Assembly: GCA_964187785.1 (NCBI GenBank)
Contig: OZ076414.1
Span: 68,138,001-68,202,000 of the forward strand
Direction of reading: 5' to 3'
DNA: 64,000 nucleotides
Source: Amphiscolops sp. MND2022
Lineage: Eukaryota
Of the stretch, positions 35,536-48,312 are shown piece by piece (positions within the stretch are counted from its first letter, which is position 1; every line of letters starts with the position of its first letter). The notes beneath the pieces were generated by a model. That model was not told the DNA's origin, did not search any database, and worked only from the letters and a program-made list of their open reading frames with translations. Both the position numbers and the translations under genes were made by a program.

Positions 35536-36166
35536 GTCCCCGGCTTCTTTGCCCAGTTCTCTCGGGGAGAAGAAATTGGGAAATGGATCGTATTGGCGTG
35601 TCGAACAGAGTAGGGAGGGCATCCCTCATTGAATCATACGATCGCCAGGAAGAGCTGCTTGCCCAACTGCTGCCTGTCCAGTAGCCTTCTGAGCTGCTGT
35701 CGGTCTCGCTGATCGGGCTCATGAAGACGTCATCCGGGATGACGGGGTTTTCAGTAGTAAAGCGGCGTATAACTCTGTTTTCAGATTCGTCGTTAATTGT
35801 CTGCGGCGTTAGGTTGTCTTGAACTAAGACAATATGCTGGTCTTCTGTTTTTATAATTTCATAAATAGTAGGGCAACGTACAGGATTAATTAGCCGGTAA
35901 TTAGGCGGCTGTGTACTGGGTCTCTGTCTTGGCTGCTGCTGCTGGTCTCGATCAAGAATGAAAACGTCTTCTTTTGTTTGATCGTTGAGCTGAGAGTGAA
36001 TTTTTGTAATGGCAAACTGATTGGCAGTGGAGTTGCAGTGTGACTGATTTTCTTCGCTTAGGAAAGTTTGTTCACATGGTTTGTGTGATCTCTGTGAACT
36101 GTTCAGCTGGCAGACTGAACAACTCTCCTTATATATTAGATAACCTTTAAAACTTACTATTCCATG
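35474..36166 (-). other. ~230-codon open frame running into the 3' LTR, with a CxxC...HxxC motif
   Basis: Manual translation is stop-free from ~36166 to 35474 (…CSVCQLNSSQRSHKPC…); the ORF track calls only the last 82 aa. Confidence 0.4.
35536..35550 (-). promoter_or_regulatory. Polypurine tract of element B
   Basis: Minus strand AAAGAAGCCGGGGAC directly before TGTCAC; absent next to the 52567 LTR. Confidence 0.6.
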
Positions 36167-36292
36167 GTTTTACGCCACGTCTTCTGTTTTTGTCTATTGT
36201 TATTCCCAGATTGTTTTGAGGAGGAAGAATGTGTTCAACTGAGGAGATAGTGCCTTGTTGCATCGTAGTCGTGAACCTGAACTAGCCGAAAG

Positions 36293-39200
36293 TTGAGCGG
36301 AAGTGGAGTCTGTCATCGAGCCAGTGGAAGGAAGTGGGTGTGGGTGACGACAAGGATGAGAGTGGAGAGGCAAGTGGTGGTGGAATTGAGCCTTCTGTTG
36401 GTCGTGATTTCGGCGAGAAAGACGCTTCTGAAGATGAGGGTCCTAGCAGATCTGGTGAGGAAAGTCGTGCTGAGACTGGATCATTTCATTCAACGTGCAG
36501 TGAGGACCGCCATGATTTGGACTACCTGGTAAGAGAAGAAGGTATTCTTTCTAGGAATTGAAAGGTGGCCAGCCTTTCCTAGGTTTTTTTGAACGCGTTC
36601 TTTTTCATCTACTTTTGTAGCTTCTGATGATGAGAGTGATGAGGATTATGTTCCTTCGGGCCAGTCCAAAGCTCAGGGCTCGTCAAAACAGCGGACTAGT
36701 TGATTTCTATCCACGAGTAGTGTTCGATGCGCTAAACGGGTGCGGCAGGCTGATGTAGTGGCTGGGAACATTCCGAGGCCGCCTACCCTGGCTGATAGCA
36801 CTGGAGGCAATTTTGTTCCCCCGATTGTCTCTGCATCACGGACGCTGAAAAGTAGGTATTCAGTCTTCTTCCTTTCTTGTTAAAGGTCATTTGGAGAGGG
36901 TAGTGGTCATATGCGTTTTGTTTCTCCATATATGATTTTCCTTTGTTTGTAGTCCCTGCTCTGGAGTGCAGTGCTGGAATGCAAGCTTCTGTTGTGCCTC
37001 GGGGTACTGATTCGAGTGATAGTGATGTGTTCGTCTGTGAGGAGGCTCGTGATACCCCTGCTTGCGAGAGTGACGCTGTGTCCGCTCTTGCAGTCGAAGC
37101 TGCCCATTCGTCTCGGACACAACATGCTCGTGACGCTGTCAGATTGGAGCCTTCAGTCGTGTACAACGATTGGGATAAAGGTATAGTTGCGTTTGTTGTT
37201 GTTTTCTGATGATTGCGTCGTTGAGTGTTTGTTATTGTTTTTTTTCTTTTGTGTCTCTTGTGGGAAATAATTGGTGGTAAACTCATCATTGTGCTTTTCA
37301 GCTGGATTGAAGGCTCGAAGGTAGCCCATGATGTATCTGCTGCCCAGTGCGTGATGCTCGCCTGGAGCGCTGCCCGAGCTGAGCGAACAGAGACGCTGAG
37401 AGAGACCAAGACTCTTGCTAAGCGTAAGTTGCCATCTGAAGTTGTTTGGCTGTCATTTGTTTTGTTTTTTTTTCTTCTGCTGAGTTTGTCTTTCGCCTTA
37501 TATTTGGTTGTCGTGATGTATAGTTGCTTGGATTGTTGTTTGGCTGTCTTTCTTAGCCGTGCAATATCGGGTTAGTCATTGTTGTTGTGTGTTTTAGAAT
37601 TTGAAGAACTGTCACGGCTCCTGAAGAAGAAAGGGATCGATGCGAGTGACCCTGGGCGTATCCTCGATCCTGTGGAAGTAAAGAAGGAACGTCTTCTAGC
37701 CCGTGATGAGGAACGAAAGAAGAAACAGACCGAACGTCACGTGCTAACCAAGGCAATGGTCAATCATCCCATTACGCCTCTGTTTGTCAGCAAGCGGAAC
37801 GACAAGAGTCCCAATGGTTTCAATTGCGCCATCCGCCAGAAATATGTTTCGTTCTTGTCTCGAGGCCCCCCTGGAATTTGGAGGCACTTTAAGTGCAAAG
37901 GTCATTTCTTGAAAGATCGTCGCTACCGCCTGGATCATGAGGACATGGTGTTTACCGAGAATGTGGATGCCATCCCTGTCGCCGAGATGTCTGCAGAGTT
38001 ACGGGCTGAGATTGAGCTGACACCCCAGTCACTCTTGGAAAAATGAACAAGTTCGTGTAGGACGAGGTCGATGCACTGGTCGGCGTCCCGTCCAATGTAC
38101 CGCCGACGACTCTCGTTGGGTGTTTGTTCGAATTGTTAAGGAGTGGAGGTTCTCAAGTCTTCTTGCGCCGTCTCTGGAACCAGTTCAGGACGACTTTGCC
38201 TGTTGAAAGCTCGTATGCCTCGGTGAGTTGGAGTAAGACAGAGACTTTGGTCGTGATAGTACCCATTCCTTTGGCCGCTGTTGTCTTTGATTAAGATGTT
38301 CTTTGCCATATGGTTCACGAGGCCAGCTTTAAGTGTGTCGGTTCTGTTGATCCTCTCGCCACAGTGGAATATCTGGTGCAGCGCTTGAAGCGGGTCCGGC
38401 ATCAGGCCTGGCTTTTGAATTTGCCGCAGTTCCGATTGTGTTTGGAGTCAGGCGAGATTCCCTTTCCTTCATTGTGTGGAGTGATACAAGAGCTGATGGA
38501 CCATTGCGCCGACATGAAGATTTGCCTTTCAAATGTGACATTGTTGATGAAGAAAAACATAAATGCCGTTGATTTGGATTCCTTGTTGTGTTCCGATCGT
38601 CTTGGACTTCCTCGGCTTGCTTTATTTCATGTAGTGCTGTTGTGTTTTCAGTCCAATTGTAAGTGCCAGTTCGAGTCCGCGGGCCAGACTATGCTTGCAG
38701 AAATTTCAGTGACTTTTGCTTCTTCTATTGGAGTCTGCTAAACAAGGTGAAGAAGGTCAGTCAGTTGCCTTCTATTGACAACTGGTCGAAATACATTTCG
38801 AAGCCTGTAAACAGTTGGGCTAACATTACTGCTGCTGAGTGTCTGCAAGGGGAGCCGATTATTTTGAAGTCTCTTCGTGGCTTTGAAGATGCTCCGCGAC
38901 GTTACTTCCTGCGCGAGTGCCAGGGGTAAATGCTTGAACTCCTAAAACAGCTTGGATCCAAATCATATGCGAATTCGCGGGTTGCTCGATCACTCAGTGC
39001 CTTGAGTGTTGACAAGTTTGGCGGTGACGCGGATTACGTTTCAGATTTGTTCCAGGACCTGGTTGCCTGTCTCCAAGAATCTCGCTATCTGGATGGAGTG
39101 ATGGAGTGGAGCGCGAGGCTGCTTCAAACGAGTTTAAGTCTCTGGTCGTGGACTTGCGTCAGCGTTCCGTGGATTGCTCCCAAGTTCAGGACGTTTTCAG

Positions 39201-39759
39201 TTTCTTGGAGACTCTTGACAGTTTCCAGTGTCGTACTCATGTGAGGCAGGTCGTCCGACTCGTCCGTGCGATGGTGTGCCCTGCTCCCAAAGCTATGCTC
39301 CATGTGGAAGTTTCAACTAGTGGCTGTGCCGTGCCCTCTTCAGTAGTCCGGTCTGGGCTAAGTGAGGTTCAGTCGTTTGTGATGCAGCCCAAGTTCGTGT
39401 CAGCTGATTTGTTAACGGTGGAGTGTATTGAGGAGTTGAAAGGTAATTTATTGAATGGGCATCAGTTCCTGAATTAAGCTACGTTCGATCCTTGGGGCAG
39501 TGTTAGTCGTCATCCATTTGAGGACGTCTTTGGGAGCCTGTTCCGTTGCTATACCGCCTATTATTCTGGACAAGTGGATGAGTTGCGGGCCCGTATGTCA
39601 GTTGAGCCATCTGCCCGAGGTCGTGCTTCTGCTGCTAGTTCCGGTGTTGGAACATCTTCTGCTGTTGGGGGGTCTGCTGCTCAAGGTGCTGGAGCCAGTT
39701 CGTCTTCCCAGAAGAATAAAGGAAGCAAGAAAGCTTCCCGTCAGGGGAAGTCTTGTTAG
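36293..39759 (+). pseudogene. Spliced antisense gene in element B: acidic N-terminus, C2H2/BED-like zinc finger, helical C-terminus
   Basis: Candidate GT-AG introns 36529-36620, 36852-36952, 37181-37301, 37424-37597; FNCAI(R)QKYVSF...IWRHFKCKGH finger (37579-38046); frameshifted coding continues to ~39760. Confidence 0.6.
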
Positions 39760-40324
39760 ACTTTTCAGTATCTTGAACTCGATGATGAACTATTTACTTG
39801 AATGTATTTTGTTGTTTTCTGCTGAGTGCTGTATTGTTTATTCTTTATTGTAATTCGGTTCTGCTAGTCGGTTCCACCGTTGAAGAAAAAAATGAGTGCT
39901 CTGGTATTATGGAGCAGCTTAAAATCAGAAAAGGCAATTTGAAGAAAAAGAAAAAATTGAAGGCGGCTCAAAGGTCCATTGGGTCCGTGAATTTAATATT
40001 TAGCCTCTGAACTGTTTTCATCCGAGTTGTAGTGTAGGAGATAGTGAGAGATCGATTGTAGATTGTATAGGTATAGAATGAAAATGAATGTCAGTCGTCC
40101 AGGTGATCGCCTGAGGCGTGTTCGGTTTTCTGGTCTCAGGCCACTGTCTGGGCCAAGGTCTACCAAAATCTGTTTCAGGGCCATCGGCTGGGCCGTCGTT
40201 CCGATGTAGTCTGTTAGTCCTCGAATCTGTTCCGTAGTTGGGTGGGTGGGTTAGTAGGAGAGACGATGATCCTTCCGGGTAATTAAATATTCAGTTTTGT
40301 GAGATAGGGTCGACGTTCATCGGA

Positions 40325-43300
40325 TTATAGTACGCATAATCCTTTTTCCAGTTTGTTGGGGGGTTTTCTCGTAAATTGTATTTACTTTTCCTGGGGGAAT
40401 TGGGGGGCGGGATTTTTTCACTTTCATGATTGTTTGAATCGACATTGGGTACTGTATTTTCTGGGTGTTCATCTGGGTTGGTTACTGAGGGGCTTCTGGG
40501 TCAAGCGTTAGGGTGTCCTTTTGGGCGAGTTGTTCTTTGGGGGACTCGGGGATTGCTATGGTGGGTTCTGTCTGAAAAGAGGTGCTGGGCGTTTCGGCCA
40601 ATTCCTCGGAATCCGACTGCCATGCTTGAGCGTATAGGTCATCGTGAAAGACGTCTAGTTCCTTGTCTGGAATATAATCTTTGGGCAAGACGTGTTTTTC
40701 CGGGAGTGTTTTGTCGGTCGGGCATGGTTTTAGACGGAATCTGTGAAGGATTTGTGTATGGTTCGTCTGTAATTTCCGGATGAGGTAATTGTTATTCGGG
40801 AGCACTTTGACTACTATGTAGGGTCCTGCCCAGAGGTATTCCTTGGATGGGATTTTGGTACTTTGTGTGTTCGCTCTGGGGTGAAGTGCGTAGCAGTATT
40901 CGTTGACGTGGAGGGGATGAGCTTTCGCTTTTTTGTCGTAAAATTGTTTGTATCGTTTGTAAGATTGCAATAAATTTCTGCTCACAGTCTCTTTAATCTG
41001 TTGTGTTTTGTGTACGATGTCCTCTCCCAGATTTGTTGTTGCGGTCGATTGTCTTTCGCTTCGTATGTCAAACTTGAGACCCAGGACGTTATAAGGGATT
41101 CTCCCGTGAAACACTCGGCTAGGTTTGCACCCCAGGGCAGAGTGGTAGGACGTGTTGTAATTGAGTGTTGCTATGGCCACTTACTGGTGCCACATGGTTC
41201 GCCTTTCTCCCGTTGAGATTTTGAATGATTCGTTTGGGATGCGTGACTTTCTCTCTAAGATTCCGATGGTTTGGGCATGTTTGGTTGTAGCATGTTTGAG
41301 TTGTATGCCCAGGGTCCTGGTCGCGTCTGCCATGACTTCAGACATGAATTGGGTGCCTTTGTCGGTAATGACAGTGGTTGGAAGGTAGGCGTGGGGAGTC
41401 ATGATGTCTATAAGGACTCGGGCTACCGTTGGGGCTTCCGTTTTGACTACATTGTACGTAAAAAGGTAGCGAGAGAAGACGTCCATTGCCGTTATTTTTG
41501 CATTACAGCCCCCGGAGGGTTCGTCAAAGGGAACAATGTCCATTTGGAGGGTGTCTTCAGGGCCTAGGGCCAATTTGGACGTATCAATCATCGGTGGCGT
41601 GATGGACCGTTTGTCCGTACGTTTGGTTTGCATGCATTCGGTGCATCGGGAGATGTGGGTAGTAATACTTCTCTCGGCATTGTTGTATTACTTTGGCTAT
41701 TCCATGGTGCGCTAGAATGAATGATTCGATTAGGTGCTCAGGTAGCTGAATCTGTAGGAATTTGACTTTCCCTGCGTGATCATAGTACTGCCGGTATAGC
41801 AGTCCATCTTTTAGTTTTATTCCGCTGTCCTGGGCAATGTATCGAGCTGCGCGGGGGTCGCTTGCTAAGAGTTGCTCGTTGTAGGGTTCTTTGAGCGGAG
41901 TTTATAATTTCTCAGGACATTGTCTTGGTCTTGTTGTTGTCTCATGGTTTTCAATGGACCATCGTATTCGTTGGTGGTTTCGAGGAGAGTTCGGGTTACA
42001 AGTACTTCCGTTTGAAATATGGTAACCTCCTGGTCACTGGATGTCGTTTCGGTGATGGTGCCACCTGAGTGGGGTTTTTTATTATTGTCATCAATATTTT
42101 TTTTTCGTGCTCGCAGTTTGCGCTCGCAGATTTGTTCCTCAGTTTCCGTGTCGTCGTCGGGCATGAAGAAGAATTGATTTTCTTCTGCGACGTCGGACGA
42201 CTGGATGTTGACCTGATAGGTGTGGTGCGTATGTCGTCCCTTATCGTGAGGTGGACCTTGTCTTTTGGCTGAATGTCGAGGCGGGACAGGAAGTCCGCTG
42301 CCGTGTTCATTTTGCCCGGCAGGTGGGTAATAGTGAAATGGAACTGGAGGACATCGCATGCGTTCCATAGAGCTGGAGGGATGATTTTTGTCTAGAAAAA
42401 ACGTGTCACAGACTTGTTGTCCGTGAGGACGACAACCGGTTTGGTTGATTCCCATAGTATGTGGCTATACTCCATGAAAGCGAAGTAGATAGCCAGGAAT
42501 TCTTTTGAGTATATGGACAGATTGATCTGAGACGAAGAGAACGTCTTTGAACCGAACGCCACTGGTGCGTAGGTTTTCCGGACTGAGCTTATTTTCTCTT
42601 CTGGGTTTTCTTCAATCATGAGGGCGTAACCCGCGTTTTTAAAATTGGCATCAGTCATGAGGATGTACTGTCTGTTGGGCATGGGTTGTTTGAGCCACAG
42701 GCCACACGCATTGTCTAGGGATTTGTTGATGTTGGAGAAGCAGTCCATGATCTCGTTTGTGATCTTGATGGGTTTTTCGGTTTTGATGAGCTCGTGGAAT
42801 GGGGCTATCGTTTCGGAAAGTCTCGGGATGTAATTCCGGTAGAAGTTAACAAATCCGATGTAGCGTTGGAGGCCTTTTTTGGTTTTTGGAAATGATAATT
42901 TTTGCAAATAGTTCTGGATTTTCCCGTCTTGTGGAGCAATCCATTTCGGTGATACGGTTCGCCCAAGGAATTGGACTTCCTTGGCGCCGAACTGGCATTT
43001 GGCCATTGTCAAACGCAAACCTGCTTCTCGAACGCACTGAAAAATCTCACGCAGGTTGGTCTTCAACTCCTCGGCGTTGTGGGCGGCAATTCCGATGTCG
43101 TCGACGTACTGCACGCATTTGTCAGCTTTGATGACTCGATCGAGATATTCTCTCATGAAGCTCGAGAAGGAGGAGAGGGACCTGCTGAGCCCCTGTGCGA
43201 GTCGCAGGTACGCAAATGTTCGACTGGCGAAAATGAAAGCTAGTAGTTCTACCGACTTTTTGTCTGTCATTTGCAAGACGTGATAAGCCTGGGAGCAGTC

Positions 43301-44205
43301 TAGCTTGCAAAATAACTTCTTTCCGGCGAGGTGTTGAGTTGCGTCGGAGAGGGTGCAGACTGGGTGGTTGTTGTTCGTGTAATCGTCAGCTATTAGATCG
43401 TTGATCTTTCTAAGGTCAACTAGCAGTCAAAGTCGTCCATTTTGCTTTCGTTGAGCAAATATGGGGCTAGCGTATTTGCTGAACGGGAGAGTGGTTATGA
43501 TGCCGTAGTAGTGCATCAAAGCTAGTTCTACCGTGAGGTCTTCTCTGAGGTTCACAGGACAGGGTAGGCTCTGCGTATAAGCTGGTTGATCGTTCTTTGG
43601 GGTCAGCTTTTTCTTGAAGTCGTGGTTGACGCCTATGTCTAGGTGGTGGCGCGCGAATATGTCGTGGTATTCGACAAGAATGTTCTCGATGTCCCTTCTC
43701 TCGTGGCTGTCTAATTGGGAGTTTTCCCACTTGAAATTTTTGAGGAAATTTTGTCTGTCTTGAGGGCTGGTTGTTGGGTTGGGTTTCTGGATTTCCTCCA
43801 ATTTTTCGATCTCTCTGAGGATCCTTCTTTGAACGGGAGTATGGGTGGAGGGATCACCCGGATTGTCTGAGGTTGGGAACCAGAACTAAGGCTAAGGGTA
43901 AGGGTTTGATGTTTTTTGCTTCATTGGGGGTTGTGATGTGGAATTCGGCCACTACTGTGTTCTTCTTGATGGTGAAAGGGGTGGGCGAGGTATTCGGTAT
44001 TTGGATCGGCTCCTTCATTTCGTGGACAGTGGACAGAGAACTTGCGATTACTATTGGTTTATCTTCCGTGTAGGCTGGTATCGGGTGGATGACACCGGTG
44101 GTGTCTGCGATTGATCTGATGTTGACTTAGGCTTCGACCGTGATGCATTGGTCAGCGGCCAAAGTTGTTTGATTGAGGATGGTCACTTATTGTGGTTTCG
44201 TTGGT
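40325..44205 (-). pseudogene. pol: pol of element B, 3' part (RT, RNase H, integrase)
   Basis: LAQGL, YVDDI, LMTDA, ELAIYF-type RNase H; HHG...C..C; MDIV, DVFSRY, ITDKGTQF, ILER; AGPY; terminal YNLRENPQPN. Confidence 0.92.
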
Positions 44206-44237
44206 TGTTCGGACATCTTAAATAGTTTCCGATAAAT

Positions 44238-47200
44238 ATGTGTGATGATGAAAGTCTGGGCGCTCCGCGCCACAATTCAACCAGCGGTGGAAAGGACTAC
44301 TATCCATCTATTGACGAATTGCTGGCTGCCGACTCAAATGGCTTCAAACGACTGACTGGAAAGCTCACAAAAGACTCAATTCTTTGCCTCCTGCGTGACT
44401 CTCTTAGTCATCTCAAACAAGCTAAGTCAACTTCTGATCGCTTTTCTACATTAGAGAATAAATTAGACAATTTAATTACAAACACTGAAACAAGCCCAAC
44501 TGTAACACCCCCTTCTGCTTCATCAGGAAAATTACAATGGCCGATATCTTTAAAGCCTCTCTCGATGAAAGAGACTACAATGAACAAGCTAATAAAACCA
44601 TCGTCTTTTATAACATTGTAGAAACCAAAGATGTAAATGGCAATGTTGATCCTACAATTAGGGAAGTATTTGATGATTGAAAGTGCATACAGACTTGGGA
44701 AGAAAAGTGAATCCAATACACGTCCTCGCCCCATTGAAGTTAAGTTATCTACTGAATTCGACAAGAGGAAAGTTATGGCTAACGCAAGACTGCTAAAAGG
44801 ATCCAACTTGTTTGTTAAACCCAAACTCCTATGGAAAGAGCGCCTCATCGAGAAAACTTTGCTTAGTCTGTGTTATGAACTTACCCAAAATGGTTTCTCC
44901 AAGAATCTATTTCGTATTCGAGATCTGAAACTTTTCTACAATGGACATCATATCGACTCCTCATCTCCTATAAAAGACATCATTAAACAGCTTCCCGATC
45001 TAAACCCTGTTGCTCAGTCACTACCTACTTCTACTAAATGTTGTTTGATCAACACCCGCAGTTTAGTTTCCAGCTTTAAAAGAGCATCTCTCCTCGACTG
45101 GACAATGATTAACTCCGTGGACTTACTTTTCATTACTGAAACATGGTTTCATAACTCTATTGACAGCAAATGTCTTTCCCTTTTTGGACAGTTTGAAGTT
45201 CTTTGTCGAACTGACCGAAAAAGTGAATGGCAAGTTCAGATAATATCTGCACTGAAAGAGTTATATATTTTAAACAACGAGTTTCCAGACAATAATGCTA
45301 TCGCAGAAAAACTTCAATCTCTTGGGTTGGACGCAAGATATGCTAAGAAAAGTATGCCTTTTGCTCTAAAAGTAAAATCCGATGTGACTGCCAAAGGTCA
45401 ATCAGTTTTTGATGAGTCTACTCAGTTTTCTGGTAGACATGGCGGTGTGGCAATTTTGGCGAAAAAATCTCTACATTTGCACCTCATACCATTAGAATTA
45501 CCAGCCACATATGATTTTGCTTCCCTTCTTATCTGGTTGCAAACCTCTGGTTCAGCTCTCATCTTCCTATTGGTCTTTCTACCTCCTTCAACTAGTTCTT
45601 ACGTCATCTCTCCGCAAGAACTAAGCAATTGTATCGAACATGCTAAACAATCATCGTCATTGTTGATTCCCTCCGGCTATACCTGCAGTTTTTGTTTACT
45701 AGGAGATTTAAATTTGCCTGACACAGATTGGAACTCAATGTATTCAACTTCCTCCTTCGAGAACCAATATCTCGACATATTTGTATCTCATGGTCTCTCT
45801 GCTTCCATCAACATTCCAACTCATAAAGCTGGTAACACTCTTGATAACATTTTGCTTGAGAATGTGAATCAATTCGATGATTTTATGGTAATTAAAGATC
45901 TATTTCTTAGTGATCACTATCCAATTCTGTTCAATTGTTTGATCTCAAGCTCTTCTTCGAAGTCTACTCCTCTCGCCAGCTCATATTCTTTCAATTCAGC
46001 AAAGGAGATTTCTTCATTTATTGATTCTTGGTCTCATTTCACTTTCACAGATTTTCCTTCGTCTGCAACGGTTGACTCTTTCTATTCTCAATTGAACTTT
46101 ATTATTCCCCAAACCTTCAGTCGAAAAACAAAAAAACGCTTGAATAACCCGTTCTATTACTCCTCTCATTCAATGCATTGTTTAAACATAAAAGAAACTG
46201 CCCAAAGGAAATGTATTCGAAACCCCTCGGCTAGAAATCTTTTGATGCTTGAGCGGGCTAAGGAGGATTTTTCGATGTCGGTTGAGCTGGACAAAATCTG
46301 TTTTTTCTCTGGTTCCTTCACACAAAACACCTCTGATGCTTTCAGCCTCCTGAATTCGCTGAAAATTCAATGTCTCCCCTCCTCAATGAAATACAATTCG
46401 ACTCTTCTCACAAATGACTTAGACATTGCAAATAGTTTCAATGATTACTTCTCTTCGTCATTCAATAGCCAAACTTATCCTTCTTCAGCCCCTCTTTGTC
46501 CTTTCGATATTTTTCTTGAGGACATATTTGACTCTATGACAATTGAATCAATCTATAGGAAAATCTTGGCAATGAAATAAGCCGGAACAGTTCTCTTCGA
46601 TAACCTCCCCCCTCTTCTAGTCAAATTATGTCCCGAGTTGTTTGCGCATCTTTTGTTTATTTTGTTCTCTGCTATCATCCACACTTTAGTTTACCCTGGT
46701 TTTTGGAAAACTGCATTTATAAGACCTCTGCATAAATCAGATAGCAAAACAGATATTACCAACTATAGGCCCATTAGCCTATTACCCAAAATTTCCCTCA
46801 TTTTCGAAAAGAACATGTTTGACTTCTTGTTTACCAGAATAAAGCATAGGATTACTCCTCGTCAACATGGTTTTCAATCAAGGAAAAGTGCTGTGCTTCA
46901 GTTAATTGATTTCCTAGAGACTGCTCGGCTGAAACACTCTCCTAACCTTTACACAGTGTACTTGGATTATGCCAAGGCTTTTGATAAAGTTCCTTTTGAA
47001 GTTCTACTTCGCAAACTTCGTTTATTTGGGTTGGATGAAAACTTCCTGCATCTTATCAATTCTTACCTTTCTGACAGACAGCAAATTGTCATAGTGCAAA
47101 ACCAAATGTCTCGCCAACTGCCAGTACTAAGTGGCGTACCTCAGGGTTCGGTCTTAGGCCCTTTGTTGTTCCTCATATTTATAAATGACATGCCTTCCAT

Positions 47201-48077
47201 ATTCCTAGATGCTATTGTGTGGCTTTTTGCTGATGACCTTAAACTGCTGTTTGATTCCTTGGATTTTGAATCAGATCTTGTACGTCTCCATTCCTGGAAT
47301 ATCGCAAATGGGATGCTAGCAAACGTTCTCAAAACTAAATGTCTTATTTTCCGTGGTAATGTATCAGTTCTCCTTGGTGATGAAGTTGTTGAGAATGTAA
47401 AGCATCAGAAAGATCTTGGGATCATCATCAGTCATGATTTTAAGTGGACCAATCATTTGTCAAAGAAGTTAACCAAAGCTCAAAATTTATACTTTTTCAT
47501 TCGAAGCACAGTTCCATGGAGTTCTCCCTCTGCAATTAAATTCAATATTTACTCAAGCACTATTCTCTCTGTAATCATGTATGGCTCCCCGGTCTGGTTG
47601 GCGAATTTTAGTTTACTCAAAAGACTAGAGTGTTTCCAAAAACGTTGTTTCAAATGGATTTTCGGCTCAACATTCACTTATGAAGAGCAACTTGCGAAAC
47701 ATCAGTGTCTTCCAATTAGTCTCCATCTCGAAATGCGGACACTATTTTTACTGTTGGATATACTTGACAACAAATATCTGTTTGATCCATCAAATTACAT
47801 CCAGTTTCAGAATCTGAAGACTACTTCTAGGAGGAAAACAACGAACCCCCTCAAAGTAATTGGAATTTCACACCTTCAAGAAAGCTCTTTTTTTGTGAGA
47901 GCCGTAAACTTTTTCAACTACCTCTACAGGCATGACATCATAGATTTCCATGATCCAAGAAATAAATCCAATATAAAAAAGTTTCTGCTTGCAAAAGATT
48001 TTAACATGGATTTAAGATGCAGTTATTATATTTGCTGCTACTGTAGCTCCTGCAGACCACTGTTAAGTCTTTGCTAA
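44238..48077 (+). pseudogene. LINE ORF1 (RRM-type) fused to APE endonuclease and RT; one frameshift, one stop
   Basis: AYRLG..RPRPIEV (ORF1); INTRS, ITETWF, GGVAI, GDLN, LDNIL, SDHYPI (APE); YRPISLL, QHGF, LDYAKAFD, GVPQGSVLGP, FADD (RT); TAA at 46578 is in frame with the RT ORF. Confidence 0.9.
45222..45428 (+). other. In-frame 207-bp insert resembling the C-terminal region of cytosolic leucyl-tRNA synthetase
   Basis: Splits DRK|SGRHGG of the APE domain; SEWQVQIISALKELYILNNEFPDNNAIAEKLQSLGLDARYAKKSMPFALKVKSDVTAKGQSVFD vs recalled human LARS1 [65 protein letters not shown]. Confidence 0.78.
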
Positions 48078-48312
48078 CTAATCTCAGCATCGGTGTTCTT
48101 TCCTTGGTGCAAGCCCGTGTCGGGTTGTTCCATTAAAGTTCATCGCACGATCTTTGGGTTGGGACTTGAATATTTTAAATTTAGCGTTGTGCTTGCTTTG
48201 TGTTATTTAATATTCATGTAAAACATTAATTTATATTTAAAAAAATGTACTTCATTGCTATTCTTGGCTCTGAAAAGAGAATAAAGTCTTATATCTCTCT
48301 CTCTCTCTGTTC

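Larger units (their letters stand above)
44211..48307 (+). mobile_element. CR1/L2-group LINE (APE-RT), near full length, nested in pol of element B
   Basis: 5-bp TSD TGTTC (44206-10, 48308-12); removing it restores pol VSDEQPTKPQ; AATAAA at 48280 and a (TC)7 tail. Confidence 0.93.

Noticed and set aside
36200-39990. Independent hAT DNA transposon nested in element B
   Set aside because: No TIRs, 8-bp TSD or DDE triad found by eye; not excluded, but unsupported.
45223-45425. The LINE insert as a GT-AG intron
   Set aside because: Splicing these 203 nt shifts the frame to an immediate stop; the 207-nt in-frame reading restores DRKSGRHGG.
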